From contig NC_042997.1 in the NCBI RefSeq assembly GCF_006345805.1, positions 176,576,001 through 176,640,000 of the forward strand: 64,000 nt of DNA, read 5' to 3'. Below are positions 11,339-22,521 of this stretch, in pieces. The notes beneath the pieces are model-generated. The model searched no databases. It was not told the DNA's origin and saw only the letters and a list, made by a program, of their open reading frames with translations. The DNA is from Octopus sinensis. Taxonomy: Eukaryota. Each line of letters begins with the position of its first letter. The stretch's first letter is position 1. A program made the translations under genes and the position numbers.

Positions 11339-13065
11339 CATCATCATTGTTTAGCGTCCGTTTTCCATGCTAGCATGGGTTGGACGGGTCAACTGGGGTC
11401 TGTGAAGCTGGAAGGCTTCGTCAGGCCCAGTCAGATCTGGCAGTGTTTCTACGGCTGGATGCCCTTCCCAACGCCAACCACTCCGCGAGTGTAGTGGGTG
11501 TTTTTTACGTGCCACCTGCACAGGTGCCAGACAGAACTGGCGAACGGCCACGAACGGATGGTGCTTTTACGTGTCACTGGCACGGGGCCAGGCGATGCTG
11601 GCAACGGACACGAACGGATGGTGCTTTTACGTGCCACCGACACGGGGCCAGACAGAGCTGGCAACCGGCCACGAACGGACGCGAACTGATGGTGCTTTTA
11701 CGTGCCACCGACACGGTTGCCAGACAGAGCTGGCAAACGGCCACGAGCGGACGGTGCTTTTACATGTCACCGGCACGGGGGCCAGCCAGAGCTGGCAACG
11801 GACACGAACGGATGGTGCTTTTACGTGCCACCGACACGGGGCCAGACAGAGCTGGCAAACGGCCACAAACGGATGGTGCTTTTACGTGTCACCGGCACAG
11901 GGGCCAGCCGAGGCTGGCAACGGACGCGAACAGATGGTGCTTTTACATGCCACCGACACGGTTGCCAGACAGAGCTGGCAAATGGCCACGAGCGGACGGT
12001 GCTTTTACGTGTCACCGGCACGGGGGCCAGCCGAGGCTGGCAACGGACACAGACGGATGGTGCTTTTACGTTCCACCGACACGGGGCCAGACAGAGCTGG
12101 CAAACGGCCACGAACGGATGGTGCTTTTATGTGCCACCGACACGAGGCCAGACAGAGCTGGCCAACGGCCACGAACGGACGGTGCTTTTACGTGTCACCG
12201 GCACGGGGCCAGGCGAGGCTGGCAAACGGCCATGAGCGAATGGTGCTTTTACGTATCACCGGCACGGGTGCCAGACGAGGCTGACAGCGGACACGAACAG
12301 ATGGGTCACTTAACCCCTGCTTTCTGATATATGATTTGATTTTGATTGTTCTCACTGGTCTTGCCGGGTCTTCTCACGCACAGCATACTTCCATAGGTCT
12401 CGGTCTCTGGTCATTTCCTTGGTGAGACCTAGAGTTCGAAGGTCGTGCTTCACCACCTCGACCCAGGTTTTCCTGGGTCTACCTCTTCCACAGGTCCCCT
12501 CAACTGCCAGGGTGTGGCACTTTTTCACACACCTATCTTCATCCATTCTCACCACATGACCATACCAGCGCAATCGTCTCTCTTGCACACAACATCTGAT
12601 TCCTCTTAGGTCCAACTTTTCTCTCAAGGTACTTACACTCTGTCGACTATGAACACTGACATTACACATCCAACGGAGCATACTAGCTTCATTTCTCGCG
12701 AGCTTACGCATGTCCTCAGCAGTCACGGCCCATGTTTCACTGCCATGTAGCATGGCTGTTCGTACACATGCATCATACAGTCTGCCTTTTACTCTGAGCG
12801 AGAGGCCTTTAGTCACCAACAGAGGTAAGAGCTCCCTAAACTTTGCCCAGGCTATTCTTACTCTAGCCGTTACACTTTCAGCACACCCACCCCCACTACT
12901 GACTTGGTCACCAAGATAACGGAAGCTATCAACTACTTCTAGTTTTTCCCCCTGGAAAGTGACGGAAGTTGTTTTCTGCAGATTTTCAGAGGTTAATGCT
13001 CCCGAGCATCTGCCACATACAAAAACCATCTTCCTAGTTAGCCTTCCTATGACATTGCTGCACCG
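11339..13065 (-). mobile_element. 5'-truncated young RTE-clade LINE (ORF2 C-terminal 225 aa plus ~1-kb 3' UTR)
   Basis: ORF 12352-13029 has the RTE thumb and C-terminal motifs FRYLG, AWAKFRELLPLL, HGSETW, RRLRWYGHV and GRGRPRKTW; (GAT)n tail at 11339. Confidence 0.93.
11509..12306. repeat. GC-rich minisatellite, 13 units of ~61 bp, inside the RTE 3' UTR
   Basis: Unit consensus approximately gtgccaccgacacggggccagacagagctggcaaacggccacgaacggatggtgcttttac, delimited by repeated ggtgcttttac. Confidence 0.95.
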
Positions 13066-13357
13066 GAATAGTCAATTATATTAACCACCAGCATTTGAGA
13101 TAAATTAGCAAAAGAAACACACAAAAAAACGTAGGTTTCCCTACACAGTTCAAAATGTTTTCCTTTTACAAGGAATATACATTCAAATCCCACCCCCGTC
13201 AGGAGGGAGGTAGAGCTCAAAGAAACCTGAAACGGCTTTATTTGAACTTAGAAAGTAAAAGGATGTAGCTAAATACTAAAAGTATTTTTTTGGTGATAGT
13301 CTTACAATTCTTCCAATCCCCCATCCTTAGTTCAATGATAATAATTTAAGTTCAATT

Positions 13358-13434
<77 letters not shown>

Positions 13435-13864
13435 TAAAACCAAGGTGCTACATAAAAGCATTGATGTAAGTGAGTGCTGGTTCCACATAAAAAGCACTGG
13501 TGATAGTGCCACATAAAAAGCATCAAGTAACTCTGTGGAGTAGTTGGTATTAGGAAGGGCATCCAGCCATAGAAACCAAGCCAAAACAGATTATGGAACC
13601 TGGTGCAGCTTGTGACCTTACCAGTTCTTGTCAAACCATCCAATCCATGCCTGCATGGATAATGGACATTAAATGATGATGATGATGACAATGGTGATAT
13701 ACACACACATGCCCAGTACATGTTGTAAGGACATTGGCATTAGGAAGAGCATCCAGTCATAGAAACCATACCAAAGCAAACATTGGAACATGATGGGGTC
13801 CTTGATCCCATTGGACCCTCTTAAACCATCCAACCCATGCCAACATGAAGGTGATACATATATA

Positions 13865-14481
13865 CAGTGTGTTTGGGTTAAATTTGATAATTTTTTATGT
13901 CCCATTTTTTCTAAAAAAGCTTGATATATTGGTGAACAGTCAATGCCACCGGAGAGCATAAAGATTAAAGATGTAGCTGAGAAAAAGTTAGTTGACATGT
14001 AGGGATGGAACATTGGAAAATATTTACCTGTATCATGATGATTTGCACTGTGTATCAAAATGCTGACATCATAATTGCTGCCGAGTACTCTGTGAACACT
14101 GTAAAGGCTGTATGAAATGACATGGACATCATGAAAACCAAGTTTCCCAAGACTGTGATGGTCTTTAGGTGTGTCTCCTGTGAAGGTGACATCATGCTAT
14201 CCCATGTGGGGCATAATTGAGAAAGACATCAACCACTCTGCTTACAACATCAAGACCAAGCAGGCAGCCAAGATTAAGGTGCTTGAACGCAGTGAAGAAT
14301 GCGTGTGCCAGATTCTGGAGCCATCTTAAGACTGAGATGGAAGCTGAGGGAGGCTGCTTTGAGTAACCTGTTATTGCCACAACATAATTTAGCTGATATT
14401 TTTTGATTTTTAAAAGTACTTTTATTTTTGATGAGATATTGTATTTTCTTTTCCTTTGATACTGACTGTCAAATTTAGCCC

Positions 14482-14489
<8 letters not shown>
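13865..14489 (+). mobile_element. Internally deleted Tc1/mariner-superfamily (maT-like) DNA transposon
   Basis: TA|CAGTGTGTTTGGGTTAAATTTGATA left end and TGTCAAATTTAGCCCAAATACTG right end. Relic peptides KTKFPKTVMV..VS.EGDIM and WGIIEKDIN. Confidence 0.7.
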
Positions 14490-14514
<25 letters not shown>

Positions 14515-15050
14515 TATGTATGTACACACACATATACATTATTAGCATACCATTAACAATATAATTTAATTTTTTTTCACATTGATTTGATTTTAATGAG
14601 TTTATTCTGTTGTTGGGTTAGTAAAAGAATAGTAACTTTTTCATCAGTAAGAATGGCAAGCTTGTCTAGTTACTTCCAACACTTTTGCTGTACCTTTCTT
14701 AGTATAGTTGCTTTTGCTTGGCCCCAGCTTATCTCTGATTAAGTAGACCTATAGTCAAAGGTAGTCCATCCATGAGCATTTGTCCTTTTCCCCAGACAGT
14801 GTTTTCAGGACCACGTTATCCCATGTGGTTTTCTTTTCTAAGACAGTAGAGTATGATTTGAGGGAGTTTTTACTGACATTTCAAGTAGATCAAGTAGCCA
14901 TGTAAAGGGTTATTTCATTGGCTTGTTACTGTCATAGTAATCATGTAGCCAGTAAATTTACTTTAAGCACTAATATGGCAGTGGTATACACTGACACCTG
15001 ATCAGATTCACCAATTAACAGGTTTTTTAAAATTCTTTATGAACTGTTGT

Positions 15051-15368
15051 GTGGAGGTGCAATGGCCTAGTGGTTAGGGTAGTGGACTCACGGTCGGAGG
15101 ATTGCGGTTTCGATTCCCAGACCGGGTGTTGTGTGTGTTTATTGAGCGAAAACACCTAAAGCTCCACGAGGCTCTGGCAGGGGGTGGTGGCGACCCCTGT
15201 TGTACTCTTTCACCCCAACTTTCTCTCACTCTTTCTTCCTGTTTCTGGAGTAACACTGCAATGGACTGGTGTCCCGTCCAGCTGGGGGGAACACATATGC
15301 CACAGAAACTGGGAAACCACGTCCATGAACCTGGCTAAGCTTGAAAAGGGCGCATAAATAAATAAATG
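15051..15368 (+). mobile_element. tRNA-derived SINE, group B (body 2, tail X)
   Basis: GTGGAGGTGCAATGGCCTAGTGG head with GGTTTCGATTCC B-box; the tail gcaatggactggtgtcccgtccagctggggg is shared with 8658-8912. Confidence 0.85.
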
Positions 15369-15484
15369 AACTGCTATACACAAAAAATACTTCATCAGCA
15401 GAAATTAAGCAAAAAGCGAAGTTCGTTATAAAGCTACCACAGTTGGGATTCATAAATAGTTCATCCTCTCTTCTACTCCTTTAA

Positions 15485-15907
15485 CCCTTTAGCATTTAAA
15501 CCAGCCACACCCAGCCCAAATATCCTACTGTTTTATGTTCAGACTAGCCAAATTTGGCCTCTCACACATGTACAGTCCCTTCTCTCTTTCTCTCAGAGAG
15601 GCACACGCACCTACACACACATATACACACACAGCAGTAACTTCCACCTACCAATTTCAATCACCAAGTATCAGTCGACTCGGAGCTATAGCAGAAGACA
15701 TTTGCCCAAAGTGTCACACAGTGGGACTGAACCCAAAACCATGTAGCTAGGAAGCAAGCTCCCTAACCATACAGCCATGCTCACCCCTACTATGTCTTTG
15801 TAAAAATAAGTAATCACATCATTGAAATCTCAAAGCTTAGAAATTTCAAAGATAGAGATAATTCAAATAAGAATTACATTTGACAGAATAATCTGAATGC
15901 TTTAGGG
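15485..15907. mobile_element. piggyBac-type MITE interrupted by a group-A SINE fragment (~15600-15785, minus)
   Basis: TTAA|CCCTTTAGCATT ... AATGCTTTAGGG|TTAA. About 200 bp longer than sister copies because of the SINE insert. Confidence 0.8.
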
Positions 15908-16397
15908 TTAAACTTATACCTACTTACCTACCTACACAATCTTCTCATACTTCCACAAAATATACATGCATATGCATATGGGATCACAGTCATGTCTTAG
16001 ACTTTTAACTAGACAACTGTACAATTAACTGCAAACCTACACCAACTTCTTTGAAATCTGGCTTCAAACAAGTAGACAAAATGGAGCTGTCACCAAATCT
16101 GTCTCCATTCTAACAGTGGTACTATAGATCAAATACTGCTGACCATCACACTCAAACAACAAAAACATAGTGTATGTGTGTGTGTGTTACTGTCTCTATC
16201 TTGACATCATGGGAAAACTGTAACGTAGGCAGTGTTTTTCTTTTTCCAATTTTTCATGAAAACATATCTGGTCATCAAAGAATATTACTTTACTTGGAAA
16301 CAGGTAAGGTCTGGAAATAGGAAGGGTATCCAACTGTAGAAAATCTATCTAAAAAATTTGGACAAACCCATGAGCATAGATAAGCGGATGTTAAACA

Positions 16398-16530
16398 ATG
16401 ATGATGGTGGTAGTAATGGTGGTGGTGGTGGTGATGGTGATGACGATGATGATGGCGATGATGATGATAATGATGGCAATGGCAGTGGCAGTGATGGTTA
16501 TGGTGATGATGTTGATGATAATGATGATGC
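16398..16530. repeat. Compound (GAT)/(GGT) trinucleotide repeat
   Basis: Directly visible; follows an RTE 3' end. Confidence 0.9.
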
Positions 16531-17899
16531 TGTCAGATTATTCCACATTTAGTATATTCCAAATTTGGGCCCCATTTCTGACATTCTTGCTGGTCTGTAA
16601 GAATTTTCTAATAGATTAATACTTAAAATTATCTAATTCAAAAATTTTCATTAGAATATTATTTTATGTTTCCCTTTCAAGAAATTTAAGAAATGAAGTA
16701 ACCAAAATTTGTGTTCTGTTTTTTTTCCCTCTACATATGTTTTTTAACTAAGAGAGGCAAATGACTAAAAAATGAGAGAGGGGAGGAAAAGCTCAGAGAG
16801 AGAGAGGTAGGATTTGGTTTCTGTCAGTTTGAAGGACAGCAATAAAATTAATTCCCATAGTCACTTAGAAAACAGGATAACCCTGTATGTGTGTAAGTAT
16901 TTATGTATATATACATATAAGTGTGTATGTAAACATGTACATAAGCATGTATGCATATAAGTAACTTAAGTGTGTACATATGTAAATTAAATGGGGATGC
17001 AACCACAAAGGAGATATGAAAGAGAATCTACAGTAATTAAAAGATTGGAATCAAATCAACGTCTCATTGCTGATGTTATAGTGCATTAACCACTATGCTA
17101 GTTCCACTGACCTAAATTCAACAGCTAAGCAAACCATCTTTTGCTTACGTATTCAAGTACACTATTTTAACCATTTGGCTAAAATAACTGACTGATGCTA
17201 CTACATTTAATAAGGTGGTATGATTCTTATAAGAAACAAATAGAAAAGGGTGTTTTGGGCAGCAGGCATGGCTGTGTGGTTAAGAAGGTCACTTTGCAAC
17301 CATGTGGTTTGACGTCTGGTCCCATTGCACAGCTTGTGGCAAGTGTCTTCGACAATAGCCCTGAGCTGACCAGTGCCTTGTGAGTGAATTTGTTGACCAA
17401 AAACTATGTAGAAAGGTGTTGTGTGTGTGTGTGTGTGTGTGTTTGGGTATGTGTCTTGATGGTTGTCTCCCATCACTGCTTGATAACTGTTGTTGCTTTG
17501 CCTACAAGCCCAAAACTTTGTAGTTCATCAAAAGATACTGATAGTATAAGTACCAGACTTTTAAAAAAATAGGTACTGGGGTTGATTGCTACCTAGGGGA
17601 CCCAATTAACAGTGGATGGGAGGATATACAGAAAGTGCAGTTGCTAGAATAAGAATAGGATGGAGAAAATCCAGAGAGCTTTTACCTCAGTTGGCAACCA
17701 TAGGTCACTCTCTCCAAGTGAAAGGAAGATTGTATGATGTGTGTGTATGAACAGCAATGCTACATGGTAATGAGACACGGGCTCTGAATGCAGAGGAGAT
17801 GCAAAGACTAGAAAGGAATGAGGATAGTATGCTCCACTGGATGTGCAATATCAGTGTACATGTGCAACAGAGTGTTAGAGTATTGAAAGAAAAGTTAAA

Positions 17900-18300
17900 G
17901 GAGTGGCTGTGTGGTAAGTAGCTTGCTTACCAACCACATGGTTCCGGGTTCAGTTCCACTGCGTGGCATCTTGGGCAAGTGTCTTCTGCTATAGCCCCGG
18001 GCCGACCATTACCTTGTGAGTGGATTTGGTAGACGGAAACTGAAAGAAGCCTGTCGTATATATGTATATATATGTGTATGTGTGTGTGTATATGTTTGTG
18101 TGTCTGTGTTTGTCCCCCCACCATCACTTGACAACCGATGCTGGTGTGTTTACGTCCCCGTCACTTAGCGGTTTGGCAAAAGAGACCAATAGAATAAGTA
18201 CTGGGCTTACAAAGAATAAGTCCTGGGGGTCGATTTGCTTGACTAAAGGTGGTCCTCCAGCATGGCCGCAGTCAAATGACTGAAACAAGTAAAAGAGTAA
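17900..18300 (+). mobile_element. tRNA-derived SINE, group A, first copy of head-to-tail dimer
   Basis: GGAGTGGCTGTGTGGTAAG...GGTTCCGGGTTCAGTTCC head, internal (AT/GT)n, tail ...ccagcatggccgcagtcaaatgactgaaacaagtaaaagag. Confidence 0.9.
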
Positions 18301-18301
18301 T

Positions 18302-18473
18302 AGGCATAGGAGTGGCTGTGTGGTAAGTAGCTTGCTTATCAACCACATGGTTCTGGGTTCAGTCCCACTGCGTGGCACCTTGGGCAAGTGTCTTCTACTA
18401 TAGCCTCGGGTCAACCAAAGCCTTGTGAGTGGATTTGGTAGACAGAAACTGAAAGAAGCCCGTTGTATATATG

Positions 18474-18528
<55 letters not shown>

Positions 18529-18731
18529 TTGTGTGTCTGTGTTTGTCCCCACAACATGGCTTGACAACCGATGCTGGTGTGTTTACGTCCCTGTAAATTA
18601 GCAGTTCGGCAAAACAGACCGATAGAATAAGTACTAGGCTAACAAAGAATAAGTCCTGCGGTCAATTTGCTCGACTAAAGGTAGTGCTCCAGCATGGCCA
18701 CAGTCAAATGACTGAAACAAGTAAAAGAGTA
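18302..18731 (+). mobile_element. tRNA-derived SINE, group A, second copy of dimer
   Basis: Full head, body and tail immediately after the first copy. Confidence 0.9.
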
Positions 18732-19039
18732 TAAGAGGAATTAGATGCAGTGTGCAAGAGAGAAGACTGTGCTGAAGGGGATTTTGTCTAGCAAGTCATT
18801 CAGTAAGCCTGTCAGTGCCAGTGGTACACAAAAAGTTCTGCTACAGTTGCCTCATAAAAGGCACTGGTACTGGTGCCATGTGAAAAGCATCCAGTACACT
18901 CTGTAAAGTGTTTGGTATTAAGAAAGGCATCCAGCTATAAAAACCATGATAAAACAGACAAGGAGCTTAGTATGGCCCTTAGCCTTACCAGCTCCTATCA
19001 AACTGTCCAACCCATGCAAGTGTGGAAAATGATCATTAA

Positions 19040-19078
19040 ATGATGATGATGATGATGATGATGATTGTGGTGATGGTG

Positions 19079-19110
<32 letters not shown>

Positions 19111-19175
19111 GGTGGTGGTGGTAGTGGTGGTGGTGGTGGTGGTGGTGATGATGGTGATGATGGTGATGATGGTGG

Positions 19176-19212
<37 letters not shown>
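19040..19212. repeat. Compound (GAT)/(GTT)/(GGT) trinucleotide repeat
   Basis: Directly visible; source of the poly-His, poly-Val and poly-Met ORFs. Confidence 0.95.
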
Positions 19213-20200
19213 GCAGATTTCTTCCAAGAATACCAAACATGTAAATGAATGTTAATATTTTTTTCCACACAAAATGATGGTGAAAGATGAGTGTACCAAT
19301 AGAGCACTTGACCAATGATACAAAGGATTTCAATTTTCTATTTTATTCCATTTCGGTTAATTTTGCTTTTTCATTCACCATAGTCAATAAAATAAATTCA
19401 TTCAGTATACTTCCCTCAAGCAAAAAATAGTTTTCATCTCAGTCAATGAATGTATTTAATGCCTTTCTGGGTAAGTTGTAACTGTTTACTATATTTCTCT
19501 CTTTACAGGGACATCGAATGTTTCGCTGGGTTTAAAAAGCATTTTTTGAGAGACTGAGTCATAAAAAAAAATTATTGAAGATATTTGTAAAACATGTAAG
19601 AATTTTTAATTTGTCCACTTTAGAATGAGTTATAATTTAGGATAATATCAGTATTATACTTCAACAAAAGAATGGATGGGACATTTGAAAATTTGTATGA
19701 ATGTGAGGTGTAGTCATTCATTTTCCAGTTCATTATCTGTTTATTGTTAAAAGCTTGTCTAGGATGCAAATGTCCAAAGAAAAATAACAGAGCAGTGCTG
19801 GAGAGTTCTCTTTTCAATAATTGTAGTATGAGTGTTAAGAGTGAAGCAATAATATTTCAGTGAAAGAGATGATTGTGCTAGAGTTAGTGTAGACAGTTCT
19901 TTTTACAGTTCATCATCTTGACAGTTGTAATGGTGAAGACCTTGCCAAATACAGGAAAGGATAAATGGTTTGCAGAAAGAATGCAAAAAGCATAGCTTGT
20001 TTCCCTTACTGAAAATGTTATGAGAATACGGCAAATGATCTAGTCAAGTAAGCTGCATGATAAATTCAATAGCTGAAGGAAAGTAAAATAGTACAGTGTG
20101 AGCTGTTACTAGATGCAACATCAGACAAATAATATTAGAATTATGACTTATAGTTGACACAGGTCTAGAAACAATCACTGAAGGTGTTGAATGTACACAA

Positions 20201-20620
20201 GGCGGTGAGCTGGCAGAAATGTTAGCATGCCGGGCGAAATGCTTAGTGGTATTTCGTCTGCCGCTATGTTCTGAGTTCAAATTCCGCTGAGGTCAACTTT
20301 GCCTTTCATCCTTTCGGGGTCGATCAAATAAGTACCAGTTATGCACCGGGTTCGATGTAATCGACTTAATCTGTGTGCCTGTCCTTGTTTGTCCCCTCTG
20401 TGTTTAGCCCCTTGTGGGTAGTAAAGAAATAGGTATTTCGTCTGCTGCTATGTTCTTTGTTCAAATTCTGCCGAGGTCGACTTTGCCTTTCATTCTTTCG
20501 GGGTCGATTAAATAAGTACCAGTTATGCACTGGGGTCGATATAATCGGCTTAATCCGTTTGTCTGTCCTTGTTTGTCCCCTCTGTGTTTAGCCCCTTGTA
20601 AGTAGTAAAGAAATAGGTAT
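20201..20620 (+). mobile_element. SINE group C with internal ~185-bp tandem duplication
   Basis: ggcggtgagctggcagaa head; body ggtatttcgtctgc...gttcaaatt...ggggtcgat...gtaaagaaata occurs twice. Related copies lie at ~26930-27070, 29712-29932 and 35080-35280 (minus) and 52500-52640 (plus). Confidence 0.85.
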
Positions 20621-21356
20621 TGAATTACACATGCTAGTGTGTTGCAACATCTCTTAAGCAAGAAAAAAAAAATTGCAGGAAACATTGAATACCCTGGGAA
20701 AATGAAAACATTCGTGCAAAAATACAGGTAAAGAAAACCAGAGAAAAGTGAAAAAACAATGTGTGAGTGTATGATGGATGATGTGTAAACAAAAGAAGAG
20801 AATAAGACAACATGAAAATGTGTATCTACCTGAATTGAATGCTAGCTGCATATGACTCTGCAGATTGTGAATGAGTCATTATACAAAAAGTGGACAGCAG
20901 GAATTTGTAAGTTTTATATACATGCTACTATGAGGTTAAGATGAAGTTTACAGGGTGAAAACTATTGTCAATATGAAATGTAAAAACCAGCTGATGTTTT
21001 TGCATTTGAAGTGTGCAGGTGACAGTGAATAAAAAAAATGTACAAAAAAAAAATAATGTGAGGACAAGTTAACATTTGTATTGGTGTATGAAGTAAAGAG
21101 TATTTATGTTCATGACAAAAGGGGTGTGGTGCACCTTAGCATTGTATGCAATAATTTTATTATTATAGTAAAGTAGGTGCAATGCAAAAACGAAGCAAAA
21201 TCTTAAATTGCAAAAGAAAATGACATGCAAGGTAAACAAATGAAAGAAATGGGAATATTTGATGCTAGGAATAGCAGTTACAAAAGAAAACCAAGTGTAA
21301 GCAGTAAAAAATATTGCAAGAAATAACAGTGTACTATCTGGATTTCTCTTTCCCTT

Positions 21357-21620
21357 TCTCTTTTACTTGTTTCAGTCATTTGACTGCAGCCATGCTGGAG
21401 CACCGCCTTTTAATCGAGCAACTCGACCCCGGGACTTATTCTTTTGTAAGCCCAGTACTTATTCTATCAGTCTCTTTTGCTGATCCGCTAAGTAACGGGG
21501 ACATAAACACACCAGCATCAGTTGTCAAGCAATGCTAAGGGGACAAACAAAGATACACACACGCATATATATATATATATACATATATACGACGGGCTTC
21601 TTTCAGTTTCCGTCTACCAA
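21357..21620 (-). mobile_element. SINE group A, 5'-truncated
   Basis: Reverse complement of the group-A body and tail. Confidence 0.85.
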
Positions 21621-22197
21621 AGACATTCTTTTTTTTTTTTTTTTTTTGCTTGGTAAAATAAGTCTTTTATTTTTTACAATGAAAAATTTCATTTTAGTAA
21701 AATGCACTTGCAGGTAAAAGATTTGCAGGCAATTTATAGAATCAGTTACTTATTTTCTTTTGTATTTTCATTCTTTATCTTCTTTGTTATGCATCTAGCA
21801 AAAGGTTTCTGCGTGAAAAATATCAGGGGGGCATATTTTCCAGATACTGGATGTCATAAAGCATTGGATGTCACAAGCTTTGTGTTGTGTATTTACAGGG
21901 ATGTAAGGCAGCTGCACAACTGCTTTTCAGGGAAGGTCATCAGTTTAGACATTTTATATGTTGTCAGCTGCACATTTTTTTCTACATCAAGATCATGTGT
22001 TGGAAACAGGGCTGCATAGTTTATTTCATGGGTGTCACCAATTTAACAAATCAAATGAAAGGAGTGTTTGAAAAGCTGGATGAATGATTAAAGTAGTGAT
22101 TCATTTTTGATTCATTACCCATTTTATTATTAAAAACTTGTATTGGATATGATGGTCTAAAGAAAAATGACAGAGTAATGTGAGAAAGTCCTATTTA

Positions 22198-22199
<2 letters not shown>

Positions 22200-22240
<41 letters not shown>

Positions 22241-22310
22241 GGTGGTGGTGGTGGTGGTGGTGGTGGTGGTGGTGGTAGTAGTGGTTATAGTAGTGGTTAT
22301 AGTAGTAGTG

Positions 22311-22354
<44 letters not shown>

Positions 22355-22472
22355 TATAGTAGTAGTGGTGGTAGTAGTAATGGTGGTTGTAGTAGTAGTA
22401 GTAGTAGTGGTGGTGGTGGTGGTAATAGTAGTAGTAGTAGTAGTAGTGGTGGTAATAGTAGTAGTGGTGGTT

Positions 22473-22520
<48 letters not shown>

Positions 22521-22521
22521 T
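22200..22521. repeat. (GTA)n/(GTG)n compound trinucleotide repeat, ~320 bp
   Basis: Directly visible; source of the poly-Val ORF 22230-22541. Confidence 0.95.

Larger units (their letters stand above)
17600..19050 (+). mobile_element. Old RTE LINE fragment, split by a SINE dimer
   Basis: Relic VARIRIGW.K.RELL, LHGNET.AL.AE.MQRLERNE before 17900, IRGIRCSVQERRL after 18731, then RTE 3' UTR and (GAT)n. Confidence 0.75.

Noticed and set aside
11509-12306. CRISPR-like look (conserved ~30-nt block alternating with a more variable block)
   Set aside because: The variable parts are homologous to each other rather than unique spacers, there are no cas genes, and the array lies in a eukaryotic LINE UTR.
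11380-12327. 315-aa and 237-aa ORFs over the minisatellite
   Set aside because: Several frames are open only because the GC-rich unit lacks stops. The unit length is not a multiple of 3, and the ORFs are antisense to the LINE.
17900-17975. tRNA genes at SINE heads
   Set aside because: Only A/B-box-like remnants fused to SINE bodies; no complete cloverleaf.
18918-19333. Poly-His, poly-Pro/Ser and poly-Val ORFs (also 16358-16619 and 22230-22541)
   Set aside because: Translations of trinucleotide microsatellites, with no splice or domain support.
19510-19560. Strong + strand acceptor (tttctctctttacag)
   Set aside because: Every frame stops within 17 codons and no partner exon could be linked.
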